A stretch of 62,945 bases of DNA, the filler included, from Octopus bimaculoides (Eukaryota), in the NCBI RefSeq assembly GCF_001194135.2. It is 5 parts of 5 records of this genome, joined end to end, with 100 filler letters (N's around TTAATTAATTAA, not from the genome) between each part and the next. Parts side by side here need not be neighbours in the genome. Positions count along the whole stretch, not along the records: positions 1 to 25,449 come from NC_069002.1; positions 25,550 to 42,343 come from NC_068983.1; 3 more parts are not named here. One strand, written 5' to 3'. The notes under the pieces are model-generated. The model was not told the origin of the DNA, did no database searches, and worked only from the letters and a program-made list of their open reading frames with translations. Position numbers and translations under genes: made by a program. Below are positions 12,969-25,794 of the stretch, piece after piece (the stretch's first letter is position 1; each line of letters begins with the position of its first letter).

Positions 12969-14934
12969 GCAGCCTCTCCAAGACTCGGTGACATGATTTT
13001 GATGCTGTCGGCATTTGGCTTAAATTTACAGGAAAGACATTGAGCAGGGATAAGATTTCAGAGAGGTGATATTCAGGTAAGAATGGACTGGGACATAGTA
13101 ATTAGTAAGGGTGGTCACAATGAGGGTAACAAGAGGTGGAACAATGAATAGGCTGGAGGTACCTGGGCAGTGGAGTTACGAAACCAGTCAGCTCCAAGGA
13201 AGAGTTGTCATTATCATAACAATAGTAAAAACAGAGAGGAGACAGCGTATCTGATGGAAGCAATCTATAAGTAATTAAATGCCAATCAATCTGGTGTTAA
13301 GTGTTCAGTGTTATAGCTTGCCCTGGTGGGAGTGGCTTATGCATGCATAAACACATACATACATACATACATATATATATATATATACATACATACTCTC
13401 ATTAATGATCTGTAGGAACACCGTATTTTGTTATGCAACCACCATAATATACAACAGTATATTAAACGATTTTATAAGTTAATACTGTGTTCTGCTGTGT
13501 TAACAGTGTTGTTACATCACTTGTTAAGGCTATCTCTGCAGATAATACATATATTCTTTTATTCTTTTATATTCTCTTCAGCTAAGAAGACTAGAGTCTC
13601 ATGAAAGGAAGTGTCTTGCTCATGGACACAGCATGCATGCTACTTGCTTCAGGAATCGAACCCACGGTCTCATGATCATGAGCCCAACATCCTAACCACC
13701 AAGGCCACACCCCTCCACAAGTTGAACAAGAACATGTATTCAAATTAATGTACTTTGTTGTAGAAACAAATATACATCAGAAGGAAAATTGCCAATCAAT
13801 AGATTCCAATCACAACATAATCAAAGTCAGGCTTTGTTTTGTTTAGTTTTATTTTATTTTATTTTTGGTATTTTGTATTTTTTTCCCCCAAAAAATTATA
13901 ATTATTCACACAACTGAATAATTGACAAATTGAGAAGATATTAAAGAATAATATACAAACGAGTTGAAGAGAAAGGTAGGAGAGAGGGAGACAGAGAAAA
14001 AAAGGGAGAGAGTGAAAGAGGGAGGGAGAGTGAGAGAGGGAAAAGAAAACCCCTTGTTCTATCTTCTGATTATAACAAAAATAGGTTATTCAAACGCTTA
14101 CGTCTGCATCAGCACCAACACTGCTATTTTAGCAAAATAAAGAATTGGTTTCTAAGCAAGTCACCCTTTATTATTTTTTTTTTTTTGTGTATGCCTTTCA
14201 AGACAATAAAAGACACGTTGCTTTTTATTTCCTTCAACAAAGGACCCCTCCGAAAACAAAAGCAAAACAATAAAAAATATTTTTAAAAAAAAACAAAAAA
14301 GAAAAGAAGCAGAAGATGGTTCATTCTGTTTTTCTTTTTTTTCTTCTTTTTTTTTTTAAGTTAGAAATGTCAGATCTCAGCTTTTATATGCAATAATTAG
14401 CAACTATTTTCGTGTAATATTTCACATCAATAGGCTCTTTTTTTTTTTATTTTACAAAACGAAAGAAGAAACGCAAAAAAAAAAAATAATAAATAAAAAA
14501 AAAGCCCCGGAGTTGTACATGTTTGACAAGTGATTTGATCCGAGGCAGTGTGTTGTGGAAACTGAAACAATGGTATTGTAGAAAAAAAGTCATTTTTAGC
14601 AATTTAAGAACATGCACTAAAGAAGCAACAATGAAAACAAAACTGTGTTACGTTAACTTGCCATTTATCTCTTAACAGTACAGTCAGTCTACTGTACTGT
14701 ATGCAATGAAAATGTCTCAGTTGAAATGCTTTGGTGCACTTTTGTGACCTGGTCACTGATACACATCAATAACAACTGATCGTTTTATAATCAGAAATAA
14801 AAATTTCAGATTTAGTTTAACCCTTCAGCATTTAAACCGGCCATATCTGGCCAAAATATTCCAGCTGTTTTGTATTCAAACTTGACAGATCCGGCCTCTC
14901 ACACCAACCCTACAAATGTCTTTCTAAAAATTGC

Positions 14935-15830
14935 TTCTCAGCCACGTGATTCTGGGTTCAGTCCCACTGTGTGACACCTTGAGCAAGTGTCTTCTACTAT
15001 AGCCTCAGGCCAAACAAAGCCTTGTGAGTTGATTTGGTAGACAGAAACTGAAAGAAGCCCATTGTGTGGGTGTATGTGTGTATANNNNNNNNNNNNNNNN
15101 NNNNNNNNNNNNNNNNNNNNNNNNNNNNNNNNNNNNNNNNNNNNNNNNNNNNNNNNNNNNNNNNNNNNNNNNNNNNNNNNNNNNNNNNNNNNNNNNNNNN
15201 NNNNNNNNNNNNNNNNNNNNNNNNNNNNNNNNNNNNNNNNNNNNNNNNNNNNNNNNNNNNNNNNNNNNNNNNNNNNNNNNNNNNNNNNNNNNNNNNNNNN
15301 NNNNNNNNNNNNNNNNNNNNNNNNNNNNNNNNNNNNNNNNNNNNNNNNNNNNNNNNNNNNNNNNNNNNNNNNNNNNNNNNNNNNNNNNNNNNNNNNNNNN
15401 NNNNNNNNNNNNNNNNNNNNNNNNNNNNNNNNNNNNNNNNNNNNNNNNNNNNNNNNNNNNNNNNNNNNNNNNNNNNNNNNNNNNNNNNNNNNNNNNNNNN
15501 NNNNNNNNNNNNNNNNNNNNNNNNNNNNNNNNNNNNNNNNNNNNNNNNNNNNNNNNNNNNNNNNNNNNNNNNNNNNNNNNNNNNNNNNNNNNNNNNNNNN
15601 NNNNNNNNNNNNNNNNNNNNNNNNNNNNNNNNNNNNNNNNNNNNNNNNNNNNNNNNNNNNNNNNNNNNNNNNNNNNNNNNNNNNNNNNNNNNNNNNNNNN
15701 NNNNNNTGTGGTGTCAAAACAGGAAGTGTGTGTAAGGGGAGACAATGTTGAAAAAGAGTTCACAACTCCAACTAAAACATTTGTCTCCCCTTACACACAC
15801 TTCCTGTTTTGATTCTGCCAGCTCACCACC

Positions 15831-15865
<35 letters not shown>

Positions 15866-16075
15866 ACTACCACTTGACAACCAGTGTTCGGGTGTTTACA
15901 ACATCTCTGTAACTTAGCAGTTTGGCAAAAGACACCAATAAAATAAGTACCAGGTTTTAAAACTAAACAAAAAAAAAAAAACGAAATAGGTACCGAGGTT
16001 GATTTGTTCAACTAATATTCTACAAGGTGGTGCTCCAGCATGGCCACAGTCTAATGACTAAAACGAGTAAATAAT
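14935..16075 (+). mobile_element. SINE family A head (14935-15084) and body (about 15830-16075) flanking an N gap
   Basis: Head and body match 4724-5134. Confidence 0.65.
15714..15812. repeat. Perfect 32-bp inverted repeat with 35-nt spacer (small MITE-like hairpin)
   Basis: 15714-15745 TCAAAACAGGAAGTGTGTGTAAGGGGAGACAA is the exact reverse complement of 15781-15812. Confidence 0.9.
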
Positions 16076-17229
16076 TGAAAGATAAAAAATTCGAATTCTT
16101 TAAGAAATCATTTGGAAGTCAATTTCACTTAACGGCTAATAGGAAAACTACATCAAAATTGGAAAACTAAGAGAAAAAAAGAAAAAAAGAGAATAAAACA
16201 ACAGCTAAGTTTCATTTTCACAATTGCAAGAGACCAAAATCGTGTTTTGCCATGTATAATTAAATGAACCTTAACCAATAGTACCCCCACCCTGCTCTAC
16301 TAACACTTAATTTTCCAGTTATTAGCTCAAGAATATTGAGAGAAGTATGCTTTTCAAAATAACCATTTATTACATTTATTATATAATATGATCCAAAAAT
16401 GAGGCTGTTTATCAGCGCACATTTTACAAGATGGCCAGCATGTTTACTGCATTGTTAAATACTTATAACACAACAAAAACAATCTTTAAAAAAACTAAAA
16501 CAAGACCAGGTTTCACGTTAAACTTTGTAATTAGAAAAGAATGTTTCGATAATCAGAAACGAAACCTAATATGAGTTTGCAACAAAGTCTGCTACGCTAA
16601 GTGCCATGATTAATGCTTGTTTCATTTTCGCTTTTGCATCGTCTATTTCTCCATGCTAGGATTGTTTAGACATCATCATCATTTACAGCTCATTTTTTCC
16701 TGTTGCCATGGGTTGAAGAGATTGACAAGATCCAAGTCGAAGGGCTGCACCAACCCAGTGTCAATTTTGCCATGTTTTCTGTGGTTGAATGCCCTTCATA
16801 ACACTAACCACTTTACAATATGTACTGGGTGTGCTTTTTTTTTTTTTTGTACCCTCAGCACTTGTAAGGTGATCCAGATATTATTGTATTCAATAAAAGA
16901 GGAAAGACTTGTGTTGCTTAATAACTCTACGCTGTTTGTCAAGTTTTGTAGAGCAACAAGGTTCAAATAGCCGCAAACCACAAGTTTTTATCTCACCTTA
17001 GCGAAAGCACAACCAACAGCAGAACATATGAGAAGGGGTAACAACATCAACCATGATTCTATAGCAATGGAATCAATTGTGTGTCCCCGTTTATTTGAAT
17101 TGTGATATATATAAGGAAAAAAAATGGACAAGTCCACATCAAACTCGTACATGCCATGTGACTGGCAGTTTTTAATTATTTAAACAAATATACAGCATTT
17201 CTTAAATATTCATTTGTTATATTCGTTTA

Positions 17230-17612
17230 TTTATTTTATTTCAGTCATTTGACTGCAGCCATGCTGGAGCACCGCCTTTAGTCAAGCAAATCGACCCCAG
17301 GGCTTATTCTTTGTAAGCCTAGTACTTATTCTATCAGTCCCTTTTGTCGAATCGCTAAGTTACGGGGACGTAAACACACCAATATCAGTTGTCAAGCAAT
17401 GTTGAGAGGACAAACACACACACACACAAACATACAAACATATATATATATATGACAGGCTTCTTTCAGTTTCCATCTACCAATCCACTCACAAGGCTTT
17501 GGTCGGCCCAAGGCTATAGTAGAAGACATTTGCCCGAGGTGCCATGCAGTGGGACTCAACCCGGAACCATGTAGTTGGTAAGCAAGCTACTTACCACAGC
17601 CACTCCTGCGCC
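17230..17612 (-). mobile_element. SINE family A, full length
   Basis: Reverse complement of the 4724-5134 family; head GGCGCAGGAGTGGCTGTGGTAAGTAGC starts at 17612. Confidence 0.85.
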
Positions 17613-17622
17613 GAAAAAGTTG

Positions 17623-17741
17623 AATGCTTACAGCATCAAGGTTTCCCAAGCAGTCACCCATCTAAGTACTAATTAGGCTCAATGATGCTTAACTTCAGTG
17701 ATCGGTCGAGAACCAGTGCTTTCAACGCGATAGTCATTTGC
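17623..17741 (-). pseudogene. Decayed 5S rRNA gene copy
   Basis: The minus strand reads GCAAATGACTATCGCGTTGAAAGCACTGGTTCTCGACCGATCACTGAAGTTAAGCATCATTGAGCCTAATTAGTACTTAGATGGGTGACTGCTTGGGAAACCTTGATGCTGTAAGCATT. It is about 119 nt, collinear with animal 5S rRNA, and box A/box C-like elements are recognisable. Several substitutions are CpG>TpG. A T5 run follows at 17618-17614. Confidence 0.9.
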
Positions 17742-18425
17742 TATATATTTATTACATAATCATAATATATTCATTTGTTATATATTCATTCAAAAATACT
17801 GTCTTTGTTTATTTAAAAGATAGGTGGAGATCAAAGATCATGAGAAAATTGTGGAACACCAGAACCTAAAATAACAACTTCGAAGAATGTAGAATCACCA
17901 TAAAGTTGCTATTATTCCAATTCTAATAGAAGCCTTAGCCCATTTGCTGCAGAAATTGGATATATCCACTCAAAATTTCATTATCCTTAACTGCAGAAAG
18001 CAGTTTTGTACATCAATGTATCTTTTGTTGAAGAATGTCATGTTTGAAATTATTTTCTGTTGAGATATGTCAAATTTATTGAGACAATGTCACTCACAGA
18101 AAATACTAATTCTATTTTTTGGGAGATAGATAACATTATTCCTGGAATAACTATGAAATTTAATTTTACAGTGAAAGGTTTAGGACAGTTGCAAGAAATA
18201 TAACAAGTTGGTTAGAAATTTTGGATATTGAAGTGGGTTTTTGTGTTTTTTTTTCCTGATTCTAGTTTGCTTGTCAAAGCAAGAATTCTATGACAAAGTT
18301 GTTGGATAACTAAAGTTTGTGGGCTGAGATGAAACAGTCCAATGCCAGCACAACAACAAAATGCTGAGTGGACAAAAGGAGTAATAATAATAGCAATAAA
18401 AATAATAAAAACAATAAAAGTAATA

Positions 18426-18468
<43 letters not shown>

Positions 18469-18609
18469 CATTTATTTGCCACAAGGGCAAAGGATAAGGG
18501 GGACAATACAAAGACGGACATAAAGTTTGGGGGTTTACATATAGTGAAATGATAAAATGGTGACAATTTACCCATCGCACACTGTATATATATATTTTTT
18601 TTAATAATT

Positions 18610-18966
18610 ATTCAGAGAGTGCAAGCCTTCGCCAAGGTAACACCAACATCCTCTTAATGATTAGCCAGAGATGATTTTTAAAATGAGAATATCTGAATTA
18701 AACTCGACTGCTCTCACAAACGAGAATACCAAAAATGAACCCAACCACTCTCGAAAATTAAGTAAAAAAAACAGGAAAAATAATTCAGAATCCTTGTCCA
18801 GGACCGGATCGATCCCAAAATCTAATCAGTTCATGCCAGACATGAGGCCAAACATCCCTGAAAGTTTCATCCAAATTTATCCAGTGGTTCTTGAGAGATC
18901 TTGTCCACAGACAAACAAACAAACATAACTGAAAACAATACTGCCGCCTTCACTAAGGGGGAGGTA
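18610..18966. mobile_element. Non-autonomous element resembling Helentron-associated (HINE/DINE-1-like) elements
   Basis: CCTT-N4-AAGG micro-hairpins near both ends (CCTTCGCCAAGG, CCTTCACTAAGG), an internal (AAAC)n, an AAAGTTTCATCCAAAT..CCAGTGG block, and T/TAA-rich flanks. A related piece lies at about 30925-31080 with a 3' stem ACCCTGC..GCAGGGT. Confidence 0.45.
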
Positions 18967-18972
18967 ATAATA

Positions 18973-19006
<34 letters not shown>

Positions 19007-19073
19007 GTTTCTTTGTTAACCACTGAGAGTTCACAAAAAGACATTAGGGGCAATACAGGATGATAGTGTAGGA

Positions 19074-19216
19074 CAGTGGTTCCTAACCTTTTCACTACAA
19101 AGGACCCCTTTTATTTAAATGAGTTTTCCCACAGACTCCGGGATATTGAAAGGTCTGTCAGCTTAACACGTCCACAGACCACCAAGGGTCCATGGACCAC
19201 AGATTGGGAACTACTT
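19074..19216. mobile_element. hAT (Charlie-like) MITE
   Basis: TIRs CAGTGGTTCCTAAC / ATTGGGAACTACTT; 8-bp target-site duplication GTGTAGGA (19066-19073) / GTGTAGCA (19217-19224), 7/8 identical. Confidence 0.8.
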
Positions 19217-19658
19217 GTGTAGCACTACATAAAAACAAGTGCAAAGTAAAATAAAAGACACAAAAACAAATGTTAACTCTAGCAAGGAATAACCCACCTT
19301 TCCCCCCCACCCAATAAAAAGGGAGACCTCCAAGGGCTATCTGGGAGGAAACCCTACAAAATCACCATGACCACCATGATCACCACTACAGCAAGTGCCT
19401 CTTCCTAGCAGTCATTCTTCAGTCTACAGTCACATGTCAAGAGCAAAGCCTGTTGACTTAGACGAGGCTCACCACTCTCCATCACTCCCCCACCCTTCAA
19501 CATATTTGGTGCAAGGCCCCATTTTCCTGTCCATTCTTACTTCCTTTTTCGGGTGGTTACAATTTTTTTTATTGGCTTAGTCGTCTACCGCTCACTTCAA
19601 ACACAAATTTTATTGTAGAATTAAACTGAAAATTTGATAATAAATGCTCACAACATAT

Positions 19659-19699
<41 letters not shown>

Positions 19700-20557
19700 T
19701 TAATATTTACTTAAAATCTGTGGATAATTAAAATTGTCATTTTTTTTTTTGTTGCTCTTGTTTTGGTTTTGCAAAAAAAAAAAAAAAAAAAAAAAATAAA
19801 AATATGTATTTTAATATTTATTTCTCTTCATTCAGTCTCCTCAGCATAACAAGTTAGTTTTTGATAAAAAAAAATTTTACTAAAAAGAAAAAAAAATTTT
19901 GTTTCTTTTGTTTAGGTTTGGCAATTAAAATTGGAACTGAAAGTGACTTTCAGAGAATTTTTATTAAATAACTTTCGTCAATGTAATCTTGTTTTGTAAT
20001 ATCTTTTTACAAGCAAATTATTTTGGCAGAAAACTTCTTTTATTATTAAATTTTTTGTGGAGGCAGGGTGTCTCATAATAATAACAGTAATTATTATCTG
20101 AGTTCCTTTCGAGCATTGGGCCTTGTGGAGGCAAAGTGACCAAGCTCCTTTCAAGTGTTGGGCTTCACAAAGGCAATGACCAATACCTTAGGCGTCGATG
20201 GCCCTTTCTATGGCCCTTTGCGTCATAGCCAATCGATGTTCTACCTCCTTCATCACAGCTCACATCTCACTTGCATATAAGAACATAGATAGGACAGTGC
20301 TACTGAAACGTTTGGCATGCATGGCATTGTCTGGTTTTGTTTAGAGCGCATCCTTTATTGAGTTAAATGCCTTCCATCTTGACCTTATTCTCTTTGAGAT
20401 TTCAAAACCACATCTCTAGAACATAAATTAGGCCAGTGGCACAAAAGAAAACATGGCACAAAATGGGTTTGGAAAACAAAGTGTTATCATTATTATTATC
20501 ATCATTATTATTATTATCATCATCATCATCATCATTATTATTATTATCATCATTGTT

Positions 20558-21010
20558 AAGGCAGTGAGCTGGCAGAGTCGTTAGCAAGCCAGGCAAAATG
20601 CTTAGTGATATTTTGTCTGCTGCTATGTTCTGAGTTCAAATTCCACCGAGGTCGACTTCGCCTTTCATCCTTTCAGGGCTGGTAAAATAAATACCAGCAG
20701 AACACTGGGGGTTGATATAATCAACTTAAACCCTCCCCCACAAAATTGTTGCCCTTGTGGCAAAATTTGAAACCATTATTATGATCGTTATCATTAAGGC
20801 AGTAGAATAATTAGCAAGCTGGACAAAATGCTGATCAGCATTTGGTCTATCTTCGTGTTCTGAGTTCAAATTCAGCCGAGGGCAGGTTTGCCTTTAATCC
20901 TTCTAGGATCGATGAAATAAGTACCAGTTCAGTACGGGGGATGAGGGTCGATATAACAAACTAGCCCCCTCTCCCAAAATTTCAGGCTTTGTACCTACAC
21001 TAGAAAGGAT
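20558..21010 (+). mobile_element. Two SINE family B copies separated by an (ATT)n-like spacer
   Basis: Heads AAGGCAGTGAGCTGGCAG at 20558 and AAGGCAGTAG at about 20796; shared GTTCTGAGTTCAAATTC core. Confidence 0.8.
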
Positions 21011-21924
21011 TGTTTAAGATGATAGGGCATAATTTGATGGAGTTTTGACTGCTATTTCTCGCAGATCCAGTGGTCAAGTAGCAGTTCTCTCATGAGTTCA
21101 TCTGAAACTGTGATGGAAGTGTGATCTGGACATTTTATAGAATGGTTTTTGCATAGAGAAACATTAACAAAAAATTTTTTTTTTTAAATCAGTAAAAGAG
21201 AAAAAAAAAAAGTATCTAAGACACGAAATCAAGGAATTAAGATTTTCTTCAAGATATCCATAATGCTTGTGTTCCACATTGGTTTTTATTGGTTTCTTGT
21301 AGCAGAGTTCATAAGGTGGCGGAGTATATTTACTTCAAAGGAAACTTGAACCAATCTATTTTGAAATAAAGTACAAAGCTGACAGGGAGTTAACATTAAA
21401 AGACGTTATTTAACCCTAGGTTAGTCATGATGGGAGGGAGGGAAGGCTGATGATCAAAGGGATTCCAACAGAGATTTCTTGTCTTTTACTTGTTTCAGGC
21501 ATTGGACTGTGGCCAGGTTGGAGCATCACCTTGAAGAGTTTAGTCAAACAAATCAACCCTAATACTTATTTTTTTAAAGCCAGGTACTTATTCTATCAGA
21601 CCCTTCTGCTGAACCACTAAGTTATGGGGATGTTAACAAACCAACACCAGTTATCAAGCAGTAGTATGGGACAAAAACACACACATCTTATATATATATA
21701 TGTATATATATATGAGTGACAGTGATGTTATGTTCATGTTTGTAAACACTACGACCAGTAATTCAGCAGATCCGACATGTAAAGACCAGCGAAAAGGAAA
21801 ATTGCTAAAAAAACCAGGGGTCAATGACAAGGAAAGGCATCTGGCTATAGAATACTGCCTTGATAAGCCCCATCCAACATATGACAGCATGAAAAAACAC
21901 AAAAGAAAATGGAAATTAAAATAA

Positions 21925-22236
21925 TGGTGGTGGTGGTGGTCACAACGATGGTGATATCATAGATATGACAATGATGGTGGTGGTGGTGGTGGTGGTAATG
22001 ATGATGATGACAATGATGCTACAATGACAATGATGATGACAAAGACGGTGATATGATGATGGTGATAATGATAACGATTACAAGCGTGGTGGTAGCGGTG
22101 ATGACGATGATGGTAGCGTTGATGACAATATCGGTGATGACGATGACCATGACGATGACAATGGCAATCGATGACAGTGGCAATTATGGGTAATGAAGAT
22201 AACAATGACAATGAGATGATGATGATGATGATGATG
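21925..22236. repeat. Cryptic GAT/GGT/GAC trinucleotide repeat
   Basis: Seen directly; gives the His/Ile-rich spurious ORFs. Confidence 0.85.
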
Positions 22237-22583
22237 GTCGGAATAAATTTCATGCCATGAGAGGAAACAGAGAAAGTCCAGCATTGCAAGGAACTGACCC
22301 TTTCCCAAGAAATAAAGAAGACTTCTAACCACCCAATAGTGCAAGAAAACACCCCTCTCTCTCTCTCTCTCTCTCTCTGATGAAACATTCTAGATGCCTC
22401 CACTGCTGCCTCCTCCTCTTCCTCTTTCTCTTCTTCCTTGCAGCATAAAAAAAAATCTGTTCCACTGCCTGAACTTAGTGTTCTACCGTTCCTTGTCGAC
22501 ACAGACCATCACTGGTTTCATCACATTCTTCTCTACTGCTATATTATATTGAGAACTGGTTCGGAAATGAAATGACAAAGATC

Positions 22584-22616
<33 letters not shown>

Positions 22617-23043
22617 CAGAGAGAAAGAAAGTGAGAGAGAGAGACAGAGAGAGAGGGGGGGGTGGAAAAAGAGAAGCTGTCAAAGACCCAATCAGATCTG
22701 TTCTTGCAGAAAGAGAAAACGGATGTGGAAAAACAAAATTAGTAATGCTGATGGATGATTAAGTCTATTCAAATAGAGTTTTTATTAGGAAGAAAGTTTT
22801 CCGCAATTTTCAATGTTTAATTAGACGGTTTTTATTTTGTTTGTTTGCTTTTTTTTTGTTGTTGTACTTATAAGTGTATGTCGTTTCCTTGGCCTTACAA
22901 TTAATTCTGAAACAACGTTTATATATCCGTTTGGGGTTTTCACTGGAATATATTTCCTATAAGCATCAGTTGGGTTTACAAAATTGTGTTGTTATGTATT
23001 TGAGAAAGAAAGGAAGGGAGGAAGGAAAAGAAGATAGAGGAAT

Positions 23044-23180
23044 AAACAGACAGACAGACAGACAACAGATAACTATTCAGAGTCAAATAGACAGATAGAC
23101 AGAGTGACAATCCGAGGGATTGACAGACAGTCAGACAGATAGATAGATGGTTAGATAGTTATACAGATAGCCACTTAGAC

Positions 23181-23230
<50 letters not shown>

Positions 23231-23900
23231 GCAAACAGACAAGCAGGTAGTCAAATAGAGACTGATAGACAGACAGACAGACAAACAGATATAGGTCAGT
23301 GGGCAGGCAGGCAGGCAAGCAGAGAGATGTAAAAGCAAACAGGCAGATAAAGAAATCAACAGATAACAGGCAGACAGACAGACAGGTAGGCAGACAGACA
23401 GACAGACAGACAGAGACAATCAAACGGAGATAGACAGAGATGGACAAACAGACACATGGATAGACATATATAAAGATAGACAGAGAGCCAGATAGGCAGA
23501 GACAGCTGATAGACAGATAGGTAGACACACAGACAGATGTATTATATAGGCAGACAGATAGATATATAGACAGCTAAGGTATATAGACAGATAAGCAGAC
23601 GCACTGACAGACAGACAAATAGACAGAAATGCATCGGGAGATAGTAAGACCGACAAAGAAACGAATAGACAGATTGACAGATAGACAGATAGACAGAGAC
23701 ATGTTTAAGCAGACCGATAGATAGTTAGAAAGATGGATATAAAGACAGGAAGACATATAGACAAGGAAGCACTGACAGATAGACCCACAAAACTGAGTGA
23801 CAAGCAGATGAACGAATAGACAGGTAGGCAAAAACATAGACGGACAGATAGATAGGGAGACAGACACAGATAGACACACAGGTAAATAGACAGACAGACA
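23044..23900. repeat. Long degenerate GATA/GACA tetranucleotide array (about 850 bp)
   Basis: Seen directly; gives the SVCLSIYL-type spurious ORFs. Confidence 0.9.
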
Positions 23901-24225
23901 GATTAATACAATTCCTTAATAGTGAAACCATAACAATTCTTATAACATCGAATCAAGCTTTAACACTTGTATCAAGTCTGTCGTGTGTGTGAGTGCGTGC
24001 GAGCGTGCGCGTGAGTACAGAGTCCCCAGAAGAGGAATAATTGTTACATCTTATTTGCAGAGATGTGACTTGCGACTACTTCGTTTTAACACCTAATTAT
24101 TTTATGGTACGTCTATGGAATCGTCTCCAGTTCACTATATTTCTTAGTGAAAAAGAAGCAAGAACCGTGTTCATTGTTCCATTCAAATCTTATTTGAGTC
24201 TACGTGAAAATAGATAGAGATGATG

Positions 24226-24271
<46 letters not shown>

Positions 24272-25365
24272 CAGATAGATAGATGAGAGAAAGAGAGAGA
24301 GAGAAGAGAAAGGGGGAGCGAGAGAGACAGAGATTCGTATTTGGAAAATATCTATTGGTTTATATTTATATTAGTTATTCTAATAGGTCAGATGCTTCAC
24401 TTGTAAACAGAACAATGAAGTTAAAGAAAGAGACTGGATTTTAAATGTCTGGATGTGTGTGTGTGTGGGGGGGGGGGGGAGACTGGTGATGATGATGATG
24501 ATGATGGCGACAGCAACGATGAAGATGAAGACGGCGGTGGCGATGATCGTGACCACAATGTAGATGACGAGGCCGACGACGGCGATGAATAAGCAAACAC
24601 AGGGTTCGAAACCAACCCACAACATAAAATGCAAACACGGTGAAATCATCATTATCCATCGCCTTTTCTTTCTTCTCATCTTTTACATAAACCCCCGCAC
24701 AAACTGTAGAATGCCCTTGTGATGTACCCCTCATCTATACCCACCCCCTGGCAAATAAAAATCACCATCATTATCATCATCATCATTATTATTATTATCG
24801 AAAATAAATCTCAATTATATTTAATAGTAATTATTATTGAGAATATATATATATTTTTTCTTTTTAAATTTGCAGAGTGGTATTTAATATTGAATAAGAA
24901 ATAAACAGAGAGAGTTTTCCTCTTCAATAATAATTACTTTCATTATTATAATGATAATGATCGGTTTTTCCAAACTAAAAAAAAAAAAAAAAAAAAAAAA
25001 AAACGTGATATCACAATTTGTTTTCATAAATTATTTTACTTCAATAAATTGTAATAATTCATTTAATGGTTCTGAATATGGTTTTATAAATGTATAATAT
25101 TATCTAGAAAATTACTTTCTTTCTTTCTTTCTCTGCACATACATACACACGCATCTATTTACATACATGCACATACACACACACATATGTATGTATGTAT
25201 GTATGTATGTGTGTGTGTGGTGATGCAAATAGGATAAGAACTCAAATATAAATGTGTGTGTGTGTGTGTGTGTGTGAATATACGGGGTCATAATCTAATG
25301 TCTTCGTAAAGCACATCTGCATGTTCACATTAAGCCAATGTATGTGTATGTATTCTAAATGTGAT

Positions 25366-25449
<84 letters not shown>

Positions 25450-25549
25450 NNNNNNNNNNNNNNNNNNNNNNNNNNNNNNNNNNNNNNNNNNNNTTAATTA
25501 ATTAANNNNNNNNNNNNNNNNNNNNNNNNNNNNNNNNNNNNNNNNNNNN
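25450..25549. other. Artificial scaffold-join spacer (44 N + TTAATTAATTAA + 44 N); identical spacers at 42344-42443, 52665-52764 and 60544-60643
   Basis: Identical 100-bp geometry four times; the 12-mer puts stops in all six frames. Confidence 0.95.
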
Positions 25550-25794
25550 TGATGTAAAAAGAAAAAGTTAGTTCCGCTACCCAACGTATGGTCTCCGTGT
25601 TATTTCTTCCTCCTCCTTTTGCCTGTTGTCTTCGTTGCGTGCTCCGGCAGGGGCTTAGTCGTGGCGAACATCCCGACTCACTGAGCGTCGACGTTCGCGC
25701 GCGCGCGAGTTCTCTGTTCGGTTCTAGGTGCTTCCCGTGCGGGCATTCGTAACAATATTATATAATTGAACGCCACGCATCCATTTACAAGTAA

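Noticed and set aside
24380-24734. Hydrophobic minus-strand ORF resembling a membrane peptide
   Set aside because: The hydrophobicity comes from a GAT/GAC/GGC cryptic repeat; no homology is recognisable.
25494-25505. TTAATTAATTAA repeated four times (also 42388, 52709, 60588), superficially a conserved motif or piggyBac-like site
   Set aside because: It is always centred in exactly 44+44 N, so it is an artificial six-frame-stop scaffold spacer.
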